A DNA stretch of 47,239 nucleotides from Malacoraja senta (lineage: Eukaryota): the NCBI GenBank assembly GCA_038087875.1, contig JAXLNO010000258.1, positions 1 to 47,239 on the forward strand, given 5' to 3'. The translations under genes and the position numbers were made by a program. The notes under the pieces were generated by a model. The model worked only from the letters and a program-made list of their open reading frames with translations, searched no databases and was not told the origin of the DNA. Below are positions 1 to 10,800 of the stretch, piece after piece; positions within the stretch are counted from its first letter, which is position 1, and each line of letters starts with the position of its first letter.

Positions 1-258
1 GGCAGATTATTATTTTTTTCTTTGGAGTGCAGAAGGTTGAGGGGGATCTTATAATAGTGTATGTTAATTGTAAATATATGGAGGTATTTGACATAGATAC
101 TATATCAGCATTTAAAAGACTCCAGGATTGGTACATGGATAGAAAGGAATTAGAGGTATACGTGCTACATAAAGGAAAATGGGACTAGATTAGATGGAAC
201 ATTTTGGTCGGCATAGACAAGTTAGGTTGAATGGCCTGTTTCCATGCTGTATAACTGT
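1..258 (+). mobile_element. Degenerate CR1 LINE 3' end fragment
   Basis: TCTTTGGAGTGCAGAAGGTTGAGGGGGATCTTATA resembles the CR1 ORF2 C-terminus (cf. LYSLE.RRLRGDL at 22465-22505); ends in a CR1-type tail GGCCTGTTTCCATGCTGTATAACT. Confidence 0.7.
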
Positions 259-735
259 AGAACTATGGCATGATCCATTTTTGGGCTACTTCCCAACCAT
301 CACAGTAGTCAGTCTTTAGGCCTTTCAATTTACACGATATGATATCAAGAAATAGCAGAAGGTATTGGATACAATGAAGTCTATGGGGCCATCCTGACTG
401 TGGTACTGAAGATTTATGCCCCTGACCCAGACATGCCCTTTTCAAATTGTCACAGTACAGTTACAACAATGCATCTACCCAACAACTTGAACAAATGCAC
501 AGAAGTGTGCTTTCCACTAAGAATAGGAGAAATACTATTTGGCAAATCACCATCAAATCATCAAAGTGATGCTCAGTTTTGGTTTCTTTCTTTGGTCCAA
601 GCAGGTATCAAAAATGCTGAATTCCATATGTAAAACCATATGTCCATATGAATGGTGCATTTGCCATCATGGCACCAGTTGACGGAATGTGACATGAAAG
701 AACATTGGTAATACCGATCAATGGGGATGGAGAAG

Positions 736-830
736 GGGTCCGAAGAAGGGTTCAGATCAGAAACGTCACCGATCCCTTTTTCTTTAGAAATGCTGCCTGA
801 CCCACTGAGTTACTTCAGCATTTTGTGTCT
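736..830 (+). mobile_element. Penelope-derived short repeat with degenerate hammerhead core (copy 1)
   Basis: GGT-CCGAAGA-AGGGTTCAGATCA-GAAAC-GTC-ACC...CAGCATTTTGTGTCT; homologous to 25813-25905 and to 28843-28935 (minus strand). Confidence 0.7.
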
Positions 831-897
831 ACCTTTAGTCAGAAACGATGTTTGCAATTAGCAGAATCAATTTCCCCAGGCTAAGGACATCCCAGCA

Positions 898-975
898 TGA
901 GTGTCTGGGCAGTGTTTTGGGCCAGATCATCTTCCATTACATCAACATCGACCTTCCTTCCAGCATCGAGCCCAA
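898..975 (+). mobile_element. Very degenerate LINE RT remnant
   Basis: GGCAGTGTTTTGGGCCAGATCATCTTC...ATCAACATCGACCTTCC resembles the GSVLGP..F...INDLP RT motif. Confidence 0.35.
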
Positions 976-979
976 ATGG

Positions 980-1298
980 TAGTTTAGTTTAGATTAGTTT
1001 AGTTTTGAGATACAGAAGGGAAATAGGCCCTTCGGCCCTCTTGTTCCGCGCTGACCAGCGATCCCCACACATTAACACTATCCTACTTGATTTACATTTA
1101 CTTAGCCAATTAACCTACAAACCTGTACGTCTTTGGAATGTGGGAGGAAACCTAAGATCTCGGAGAAAACCCACGCAGGTTACGGGAGAACGTACAAACT
1201 CCGTACATACAGCACCCGTAATCGGAATTAAACACGGGTCTCCGGCGCTGCATTCGGTGTAAGGCAGTAACTCTACCGCTGCGCCACCGTGACTGCCC
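980..1298 (-). mobile_element. tRNA-derived SINE, V-SINE/HE1-like
   Basis: Minus strand begins GGGCAGTCACGGTGGCGCAGCGGTAGAG (A-box-like); central V-domain-like TGTACGGAGTTTGTACGTTCTCCC...GGTTTCCTCCCACA; (CTAAA)n tail at 980-1006. Confidence 0.85.
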
Positions 1299-1610
1299 GT
1301 ATTTGATATTTTGTGACAAAATGTCCAAATCCATTTGTTGGTCTTCAGCAAGTGAAGCAGCTATGCCCTGTGTTACCAAGAAAGTTAAACATGGTACATG
1401 GAAATACCATAATCTGCAGCTTTTCCTTCATGATGCAAATCATCTTAATGTCATTGTTGCTGTGGCTGAGTTAAAGAATTCCTGACTCCACAGAGTTCAG
1501 TAGCATTACCTTTAAGAAGATGAAAAATTAATACTCACATTATCAGCAAAGCCCACATACTGAAGAAATTACACAAAAAATAACTTTTAGTTGATATTAT
1601 GAAAAGGTGA

Positions 1611-1673
1611 TTTTACTTCCGGAGTCACGTGAGTGACTTCGTGAAGAACCCGCTCAGTGCGCAGGCGCGGCAT
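1611..1673 (+). repeat. DIRS-A left terminus / left ITR
   Basis: 1640-1673 is the reverse complement of 5910-5943 (34 bp, 1 mismatch); 1611-1647 is the reverse complement of 5679-5714 (1 indel). Confidence 0.93.
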
Positions 1674-2028
1674 TACGCCAGCAGTGCAACAGCGGCGGCA
1701 GCTGGAGGAAGGCGCTCCGGCTGCATTTTGAAAAAAACGGACCGTTGGGTGAGTATATTCAACTAATCTAACAGAGAAAGAGAGTGTGGGTGTTCTTAGC
1801 AAATAAGTACACTCACGAGAAGACTCTCCAACAGAACTGCCCCCAGCTCAACTCACCAGAGGAGCGTTTAATCTCAGGGGGGCAGCAACAGTCGGCAGGA
1901 CCGCTCATAGAGCGCTCCGCTATCCCCGAGACCGAGCCGAGCCCAGTCCCGCTAATGCCTGCACAGCGGACAGGGAGGAAAGCCATGAGAGCAACCGGCC
2001 GGTAATTTCTGATTAGTCGGATGGGGAC

Positions 2029-2694
2029 ATGTCTCCACCTAAACGGAGGAGAGACAGCCGCCAGAGCTTACAACAGCTCTTGGAGCAGATGCTCCAGCGA
2101 GCTACGCAGAAGGAGCGTTCTCGCGGAGGTAGGTCAGGCACCTCCTCCACAGTGTCTTCTGCACTGCCCTCTGCTCCCTCATTACTGGAGGCTAGCATTG
2201 GTGACCAGGGTTGGGCTGGTCTGGAACAGGGGCTGGCGGAAGAATTCGGCAGTATGCAAGCGGTGCAGGAGCAGGAAGAGCTGCTGGGTGTCGTGGACCG
2301 CTATGTAGCAACCCCACGTGCTGGAAGACCGCTGGAACCATAAATGGCGGCCAGCATCAATCATCTTTCAAATAAGCCCTTGCAGGAGAAGGTACTTCTT
2401 GAGGCGCTTGAATTTTACACAGCACCAGAGAACTGTGAGGCCTCAGAGTGAAGACTGTGAACAGCCAGATCTGGGGTCACGTGGGGTCAAACATGTGTAA
2501 CCATGGCATCCACCAGTCGACGTCCTCAATATGGGACTGGTGAAAGCTCGGGGACCGCATTTTATCCCCAAAGATCTTTTTTAGATCAGGGCCCACAGCG
2601 GACCCCATGGAAAATGCGCACCCCCCCAACATCGCCAGCACGTCAGACAAGCAAAACCTACAAAAACATCAGGAAACAAAAGAAACACCAATGA
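2029..2694 (+). pseudogene. DIRS-A gag-like ORF1 fragments
   Basis: Broken ORFs between the left ITR and pol; positionally homologous to DIRS-B gag (L.VK.VN..IWGH at ~2440-2490 vs LKVPAVNHAIWGH at ~36540-36577). Confidence 0.6.
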
Positions 2695-4138
2695 ACATGG
2701 AGGTAGGTGGGTCTGGTTCCTGCCAGCATATAGAGAATAAGGGTGCTTTACTAACAGAGGGGAGATTACACTGGTTTAAAGAAGCATGGGTTACTGTCAC
2801 GTGTGATAAGTATATACTCAACAGCATTAGTGGAGAGGTCATCCAAAAGACCAAACATGAACCTTTGGAATTTGTATCAAATAAAACCAAAAAAGATGGT
2901 GGATGTCGCATCATCATTGCCTTAACATCACTAAATAAGTTTGTTGAGTATATACATTTCAAAATGGAGACAGTTGTTACTGCCAAACAACTGATTTCCA
3001 AAGGATACTTCATGGCAAGCATTGATCTGAAAGATGCTTACTATCTAATACCCATACACAAGGATCATTGCAGATACCTACAATTTATCTGGTTGGGGCA
3101 CCTGAGGCAGTACAAAGCATTGCCCAATGGGCTAACCTCAGCCCCAAGATTATTCATCAAAATATTGAATATAGCCATGGCAAGACTAAGAAACAAACAC
3201 ATATTGTCATGGCATACCTGGATGATATTCAGATAGTAGGGAAAACAATGGAATTGGCTGTGGCAGCAGTATCAGCTACAAAATAGCTGCTCGAAACTCT
3301 GGGGTTCGTCCTACATCCAGATAAATCTAAGTTGAAGCCATCCACTATTATGGACTACCTGGGCTTCACAATTAACTCAGTCCATATGACTGTTATCTTG
3401 CCAAAAGGAAAATAAAAATAAATAAATAAATAAATAAATTAAAAAAATATATTAAAAAAATGGTTGCATTAGCACAATCATGCAACTATTTAATGGTCAA
3501 CAAAGGACCAACTATTCGACAAATCCCAAGAGTGATTGGGAAAATGGTAGCAGCATTTCCAGCTACACAATGCGGACCTTTGCACTATCAAAATTTACAA
3601 ACAGCAAAGGTACAGGCACTCAAACGACATACAGGTCACGATGTTCGTGTCATGTAATTACCCACTGAAGCAATATCAGCTACAGTGGTGGGCAGAAAAT
3701 GTTTGGCATAGTTTCAGCTCTATCATCATCACTAACCTTACTTTAGTTCTTCAAACAGATGCCAGTGTTCAAGGCTGGGGAGCAACTAACTCCATATCCA
3801 GCACAGGTGGTAGATGGACTAACCTAGAGTCATCATTACTACTGACACTGGGCATTAACTATCTAGAGATGTTGGGCGCCTTTTATGGGTTAAAAGCATA
3901 TGTATCTAATATGCAGCACTTGCATGTTCGGTTACAGATTGATAATACTATGGTGGTGGCTTATATTAACCATATGGGCGGCGTAAAATCATTATCATGC
4001 GACAAATTGGTCAACGGGATTTGGCTATGGTGTGTCGAAAGACATATTTGGCTATCAGCTACTTATCTACAGGTAAGCGAAACACAGTGGCAGACACCAG
4101 GTCACGCAAATTCAATGATAACATCGAATGGATGTTAA
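2607..4138 (+). pseudogene. DIRS-A reverse transcriptase / RNase H (frameshifted)
   Basis: Motifs KKDGGCRII, MASIDLKDAY, LPNGLTSAPRLF, MAYLDD; RNase H TDAS..GWG, INYLEM, IDN, ADTRSR. Confidence 0.93.
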
Positions 4139-4150
4139 ACCCTAAAGTAT

Positions 4151-4543
4151 TTGCTAAAGTTATTAAGCAGTATGGAACGCCAGATATCGATGTATTTGCA
4201 TCTAAGACAAAATCACCAGTTACCTATATATGTCGCTTGGGAACCAGAACCAGAGGCAGCAGCGATACATGCCATCACGCTGGATTGGGGAAATGTCTTC
4301 TTCTATGCTTTCCCTCCCTTCTGCCTCATCAGTCGGGTACTTCGCAAAATACAGATGGACTCTGCTTCTGGAATTTTGATGGTGCCCGACTGGCCTACAC
4401 AGCCATGGTTCCCGGTTCTACATGACATGGTGGTTGAGTCACCAATGGTCTTTCCCAGTGATCCAGGATTATTAACTCACCCAGTATCAGGCATAAGCCA
4501 CCCATGCCATGAGAAAATTAAACTCCTGGGTTGCAGGTTTTGA
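4151..4543 (+). pseudogene. DIRS-A N6-adenine methyltransferase-like domain
   Basis: PDIDVFAS (adjacent frame), YAFPPF, LMVPDWPTQPWF; the typical DIRS MT domain after RNase H. Confidence 0.85.
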
Positions 4544-5510
4544 ATAGACCTTACCTGGAACTGGGATTGTCCGAACGAACCATCACCACCATGTCGGCAT
4601 CCCTTTGTACATCCACCAAGAGGCAGTACTTAATCAGCATAAGAAAATGGGAGAAGTACTGCCAGGAAACAGGGACAACGTATGCAACAGCCACAGCCAC
4701 CAACGTACTGGAATTCCTGGCCCATCTACACCATGATGAAGGGATCAGTTACAGTGCCATCAACACAGCACGAAGTGCTCTTTCTGCTTATCTCAAACCA
4801 GCAGGACAACAGGCAATGGGATCCCATCCACTGGTGGTAAAACTGATGAAGGGCATTTATGATATCAAGCCCTAAACCCAGGTATACCCATATTTGGGAT
4901 ATCAGTGTGGTCCTGACATACCTCAGGGAATGGCCACCAGCCAGATCCCTCAGCCTCGAGCAATCTACACTAAAGACGCTCATGTTGATGGCACTCGTAT
5001 CCGCTCAGAGGGTCCAGTCACTACACAAGTTAAGGCTGGAGAACATGGTGACCACCCCAGATCATATCACATTCATCATACAGGGTCTGGTGAAGCAAAG
5101 CAGGCCAGGAACAGCTAATCCACTGGTGGTATTCCGGGCCTACCCACAAGAGCCACGGTTGTGTGTCGTGACCCATCTACAACATTACATAGACACAACC
5201 CACAATATCAGAGGGAGTGAAAAAGCCTTATGGGTCAGCCACAAGTAACCTCATGGCCGGGTAATGAGCCAAACCATTTCAAGATGGCTCAAACAGGTAC
5301 TGAAGGCTGCCGGAATAGATACTAATACATTTAAATCTCATTCCACTAGGGCAGCATCTACATCAACGGCCTACAGAATGGACGTACCGGTTGACCATAT
5401 TCTGAATAGAGCAGGATGGTCGAGGGAAACGACATTCAGAACTTTTATAATAAGCCGTTGATGAAACCTGATTTATTTGCAGAGAAAATATTACAAGCTG
5501 CAAATATTTA
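4531..5510 (+). pseudogene. DIRS-A tyrosine recombinase (frameshifted)
   Basis: SAM-like N-terminus (STKRQY...RSALS, HPLVVKLMKG), KPRY..WD, SAQRVQSL, KQSRP, HSTR, AGW. Confidence 0.92.
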
Positions 5511-5678
5511 ATTTAAGCCCGGGGGAGCACTTTAATTTTGTTATTGTTAATAAATACCTTTTTTCTTTCTTGAGAAACAGATTCATTGGTTGATTACGAT
5601 AACACTTCCTCCCTCAAGAACTTTCGGCAGTGAGTGAAATAAAACTGTTACACGGTTTGAAATCACAGAGCTTTGAAA

Positions 5679-5791
5679 TCTTCACGAAGTCACTCACGTG
5701 ACTCCGAAGTAAAATAGTAAGATTAAACGAGAACTTACCAGTTTGAAGTTTGATCTGTATTTTATGAGGAGTTACGATGAGTGATTACGTG
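5679..5791 (+). repeat. DIRS-A internal complementary region (ICR)
   Basis: 5679-5714 is complementary to the left end 1611-1647; 5715-5791 is complementary to the right end 5940-6016 (1 mismatch). Confidence 0.93.
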
Positions 5792-5909
5792 CCCTCCGCT
5801 CCCACCCTCATTATATGGATCAAACTAATAAATTGATGTCTCCTTTTCTTTACTATGTTTACTTCAAATACCTGTGTCTATCTGTGATTCCACACCGCTG
5901 CTTGGAAGT

Positions 5910-6018
5910 ATGCCACGCCTGCGCACTGAGCGGGTTCTTCACGTAATCCCTCATCGTAACTCCTCATAAAATACAGATCAAACTTCAAACTGGTAAGTTC
6001 TCGTTTAATCTTACTATT
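5910..6018 (+). repeat. DIRS-A right ITR plus right extension
   Basis: Inverted match to 1640-1673, followed by an extension matching the ICR. Confidence 0.93.
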
Positions 6019-6159
6019 ATATGTTAGGGATAGGGCAAAGTATGAACATTGTTCAATGGCAATCTTGGTTTTAGAAAATAGGTGCAGGAGGAGGCCATTT
6101 GGCCCTTCGAGCCAGCACACCATTCATTGTGATCATGGCTGATCATCCAATCAGTAACC

Positions 6160-8770
6160 CGTGCCTGCCTTCTCCCCATATCTCTTGATTCCGCTAGCCC
6201 CTAGAGCTTTATCTAACTATCTTTTAAATCCATCCAGTGAATTGGCCTCTACTACCTTCTGTGGCAGAGAATTCCACAAATTCACAACTCTGGGTGAAAA
6301 CGTTATTTCTCATATCAGTTTTAAATGACCTCCCCTTTATTCCTAGACTGTGGCACCTTGTTCCAACATTGGGAACATTTTTCTTGCATCTAGCTTGTCC
6401 GGTCTTTTTATAATTTTATGTTTCAATAAGATACCCTCTCATCCTTCTAAATTCCAGTGAATACAAGCCCAGTCTTTCCAATCTTTCCTCATATGACATT
6501 TTCGCCATCCCGGGGATTACCCTCGTAAACTACCACTGCACTGCCTCTTCTTCTTCTTCTTCTTGCGTATGGCGTGCACAGCCTAAAGTTATAGGACAAC
6601 TTGTTCTATTTGATCTTATTTGATTGTGCACACAAGGTTGATTGCATTCGTCGAAACAGGGGAGATTGCAATCTCAATAGCAAGGATGTCCTTCTTCAAA
6701 TTAGGAGACCACAACTGCACACAATACTCCATCTGCCATGCATCTGCCCACTCACTCAACCTGTCCAAGTCAACCTGTAACCTCCTAGCATCATCTTCGC
6801 AGTTCACACTGCCACCCAGCTTTGTGTCATCTGCAAATTTGCTAGTGTTACTTTTAATCCCATCATCTAAATCATTAATATATATGTTAAATAATTGTGG
6901 CCCAAGCACCGAGCCTTGCGGCAATCCACTCGCCATTGCCTGCCATTCTGACAGGGTCCTGTTCATTCTACTCCTGTTTCCTGTGTGTCAACCAATTCTC
7001 TATCCATGTCCTACCCCCAATACAATGTGCTCTAATTTTGCCAACTAATCTCCTGTGTGGGACCTTATCAAAGACTTTCTGGAAGTCCAGAAACATTACC
7101 TCCACTGGCTCTCCTTCATCCATTTTATTGTCACATCCTCAAAAAATTCCAGAAGATTAGTCAAGCAGGATTTCCCCTTCATAAATCCATACTGACTTGG
7201 ACCTATCTTTTGCTGCTATCCCGATGCGCCGTTATTATTCTTTAATAATTGACTCCAGCATCTTCCCCACCACCGATGTCAGGCTAACTGGTCTATAATT
7301 CCCCATTTTCTCTCTCGCTCCTTTCTTGAAAAGTGGGATAACATTAGCTACCCTCCAATCCACAGGAACTGATCCTGAATCTATAGAACATTGGAAATGA
7401 TCACCAATGCGTCCACAATTTCTAGAGCCACCTCCTTGAGTACCCTGGGATACAGACCATCAGGCCCTGGGGGTTTATCAGCCTTCCCATCAGTCTACTC
7501 AATACTATTTCTCGCCTAATGCAAATTTCTTTCAGTTCCTCTATCTCCCTAGATCCTCTGTCCTGTAGTACATCTGGGAGATTATTTGTGTCTTCCTTAG
7601 TGAAGACAGAACCAAAGTACTTGTTCAACTCTTCTGCCATTTCCTTGTTCCCCATAATAATTTCACCTGTTTCTGCCTTCAAGGGACCCATATTTGTCTT
7701 TACTAATCTTTTTCTCTTAACAAGCTTTTACTATCCTTCTTTATATTCATGGCCAGCTTACCCTCATACTTTTTTCACCCCGTATTGCCCTTTGTTATCT
7801 TCCATTGTCCTTTGAAAGTTTCCCAATCCTCTGGCTTCCCGCTACTCTTTGCTATGTTATACACATTTACTTTTCATTTTATTCCATCGCTAACTTCCCT
7901 TGTCAGCCACGGTTGCCTCTTGCTCCCCTTAGAATCTTTCTTCCTCTTTGGGATGAATTGATCCTGCCCGAAGGTTATGCCCAGAAATTCTTGCCAATGC
8001 TGTTCCACTGTCATTCCTGCTAGGTTCCTTTTCTAGTTGACCTTGGCCAGCTCCTCTCTCATGCCTTCATAGTCCCCTTTGTTCAACTGCAACACTGACA
8101 CTTCTGATTTAAATTCTCCCTCTCAAATTGCAGATTAAAACTTCTCATATTATGGTCACTGCCACCTAGCGGTTCCTTTACCTTGAGTTCCCTTATTAAA
8201 TCTGGTTCAGTAGACAACACTAAATCCACAATTGCCTTCTCTCAGGTACGCTCCACTAGAAGCTGCTCTAAGAATCCATCTCGGAGGCACTCTACAAACT
8301 CCCTTTCCTGGGATCCAGAACAAACCTGATTTTTCCAGTCTACCTGCATATTGAAATCTCCCGTAACCACAGTGGCATTACCTTTGTTACATGCCAATTT
8401 TAACTCCTGCTGCAACTTGCACCCTATATCCAGGCTACTGTTTGGGGGCCTGTAGATAACTCCCATTCTTGTCTTCTTATCTTTACATTTCCTCAATTCT
8501 ATCCATTCTATCCTCAATGACTACATTGTCAGTTCCCATGTCACACCTTGCAAGGGACTGAATTCCATCCCTCATCAACAGAGCTACCCCACCTCCTCTG
8601 CCCATCTGTCTGTCCTTTCTATGTGATGTATAACCCTGAATATTCAGTTCCCTGTCCTGATCTTCCTGCAGCCATGTCTGTAATCCCCACAATGTCATAT
8701 CTACCAATCTCTAACTGAGCCTCAAGCTCATCCACTTTGCTTCTTATACTTTGTGCATTCATATATAATA
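6160..8770 (-). pseudogene. CR1 ORF2 (APE endonuclease + RT), fragmented
   Basis: [51 protein letters not shown]. Confidence 0.9.
6548..6675 (-). mobile_element. Short LINE/SINE 3' tail with (GAA)n, possibly RTE-type
   Basis: Interrupts CR1 between CTGCCTC and AATAGCAAGG; the minus strand ends GCCATACGCAAGAAGAAGAAGAAGAA; only CTC is shared at the junctions. Confidence 0.55.
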
Positions 8771-8949
8771 TTTTAGTCCATTACTCACCTTACCTTTCAC
8801 ATCGATTCCCATTTCACTTGGCCATACTCTCTTATCCCTTCCTGAGCTTTCTGCCCCGTTAATTCTGGTGTCTTCCTTAACTTTTCCTATACTCTCTTTC
8901 CCCTTAACTCCATCCTTGTATTTCCAATTTGTCTCCTCCCCCCCACAAT

Positions 8950-9894
8950 TTAGTTTAAACCCACCTGTGTAGCAGTGGCAAACCTGCCTGCCAGAATGCT
9001 GATCCCCCGCCTGTTCAGGTGCAACCCGTCCCTTTTGTACAATTCACCCTTACCCCAAAACAGATCCCAGTGGTCTAAAAATCTAAATCCCTGCCCCCGG
9101 CACAAGCTCCTCAGCCACACATTCAGGTCCCCTATCTCCCTATTACTGCCCTCACCAGCACGAGGAACTGGAATCAAACCAGAACTAACCACCGTGGAGT
9201 TCCTGCTTTTCAGCCTTCGTCCGATCTCTCTGAAGTCACGCAGCAGAATCTCTTTCCTCTTCTTCCTGACCTCATTTGTGCTGACATGCACTACCACTTC
9301 TGGCTGCTCACCTTCACCCTTGAGGATGCTCTGCAATCGATCCGTGACGTCTTGGATCCTGGCACCAGGGAGGCAACACACCATCCTCGAATCCTGCCTG
9401 TTGCTGCAGACATCCCTGTCTGTGCCTCTCACGAAGGAGTCCCCGACTACCATGGCTCTGCCTGTCGTCTGTCTCTTCGGCTTTGCTTCAGCCCCACGTT
9501 TTCACTCGCAGACCTGTCCGCCGCTCAGAATGGCAGTATCTTCTGTCCTGACAGTTTCCAGGAGGGTGAACCTGTTTTCAAGAGGTTCAGCCCCCGGGGT
9601 CTATTGTACTCCAAGCTTCCTTCCCTTCCTCATCGTCACCCACCTTCTCTCTTCCAGTATCTTCGGTGTAACAATCTTGCTGTAGGGCCTGTCCAGGAAA
9701 CTCTCATTTTCGCGGATGGTCCTGAGGTCAGCCAGTTGCCTCTCCAGTGCCCCAACACGGTCCTTCAGGAGCTGAACCTGTACACACTTTCCACAGTTGT
9801 AGCAGTCAGTGGCACCAACAGTGCCCCTGACCTCCCACATCCTGCAAGCATCACACTGAAGAAGCTTGCCTGTCATTTCTTCACTGCGTCTCAC
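8950..9894 (-). pseudogene. CR1 ORF1 (zinc finger, coiled coil, SGNH esterase)
   Basis: CDAC...CGKC, leucine-rich coil, VVGDS, VVVHVSTN, DGLHLN; interrupted by a stop at 9601. Confidence 0.9.
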
Positions 9895-10068
9895 CCTCTC
9901 GAACTTTTGGCGTAGTCTCCTCCCTCAGCCTCCTCGCCAAAGACTCTCGAGCCAAAGACTCGCAGGTTTCTCACAAGGCACTTCCCTCGACCAGGCCGTT
10001 CCCCTGGAGCAAACCTTGCTTATAAATTGACTAATTCGCTAACTTACCGATTTGCTAATTAAATTCCT

Positions 10069-10269
10069 CAGCCAATCCCCGCACTCACTCCTTCACCTGC
10101 CGCTCCTCTGCCGACCTTGAAGGTACTGTATGTGTTGCAGGCTGGCCCCGACCGGTTTTTAGATCCCCGCTCCTGAAAAAACACTGAAAAATTCCCCAAG
10201 AGATTATCTTCCCAGCCAATCCCCGCACTCACTCCTTCACCTGCCGCTCCTCTGCCAACCTTGACGGTA
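10069..10269. repeat. 57-bp direct repeat (period 144) at the CR1 5' end
   Basis: 10069-10125 and 10213-10269 differ at 2 positions. Confidence 0.9.
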
Positions 10270-10629
10270 TGGACATTTAGCAAAGGACAGTGTTCCAACA
10301 TAAGAAGTTTCAAGAACTATCCAATTTTGCACATGCGACTAATTTTGGTGAGCAGTGGATGCCATTGATTGTGGATTGGATGGTATTTCTCAATGTCTGT
10401 GCTGAAATCTTGTAGGACTCCCATACAAACTTGAAAACTCCAAGGTGACTGGCTGAGTAATTATTTCCTAGCTAAATTAAGTTACCCCATGGTGTCTAGC
10501 AGAAGATTAAAAGCTGACTGCATTCCCCTAGCATTATGCTGTGGATAGGCTGGGATCAACTGCTGGCCAGCTATGATAATCAATCTCTTTCCAAGGCAAT
10601 CAATAATCAACAGTACTCTAAAACAGACA

Positions 10630-10800
10630 GTTAGCACTACACTAGTTACATCTGCTCCTGTTTGGCCAATATCCCTCCAAACCTTTTGTGTCCATGTACC
10701 TGTCAAAATGTATTTTAAATGTTTTTATAGTACTAGCCTCAACTTCCATATACCCATCACCCTCTTGTGCAAATGTTGTCCCTTAGGTTCCTATTACTTC
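10630..10800 (-). mobile_element. Old CR1 LINE, 3' piece (continues at 22895)
   Basis: Degenerate CR1 3' end; sequence is colinear with 22895 onward once the younger CR1 is removed. Confidence 0.7.

Larger units (their letters stand above)
1610..6018 (+). mobile_element. DIRS1-type tyrosine-recombinase retrotransposon, structurally complete, ORFs decayed (DIRS-A)
   Basis: Order gag-like, RT, RNase H, methyltransferase, YR; inverted terminal repeats; internal complementary region matching both ends. Confidence 0.95.
6072..10270 (-). mobile_element. Near full-length CR1 LINE with internal deletions
   Basis: CR1 3' UTR at 6072-6160; ORF2 RT and endonuclease fragments; ORF1 with zinc finger and esterase; repeated 5' UTR unit at 10069-10269. 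Confidence 0.92.

Noticed and set aside
1220..1298. tRNA gene (also 25362-25440)
   Set aside because: A/B boxes are SINE heads followed by SINE body; no complete cloverleaf.
3411..3459. A-rich insert in DIRS-A RT, and small tandem duplications at 18148-18168, 37848-37907 and 42660-42697
   Set aside because: Consistent with ordinary slippage; no evidence of function.
4151..5510. Phage or bacterial contamination (methylase + integrase)
   Set aside because: Both domains lie within a canonical DIRS1 structure with RT, ITRs and ICR, flanked by vertebrate repeats.
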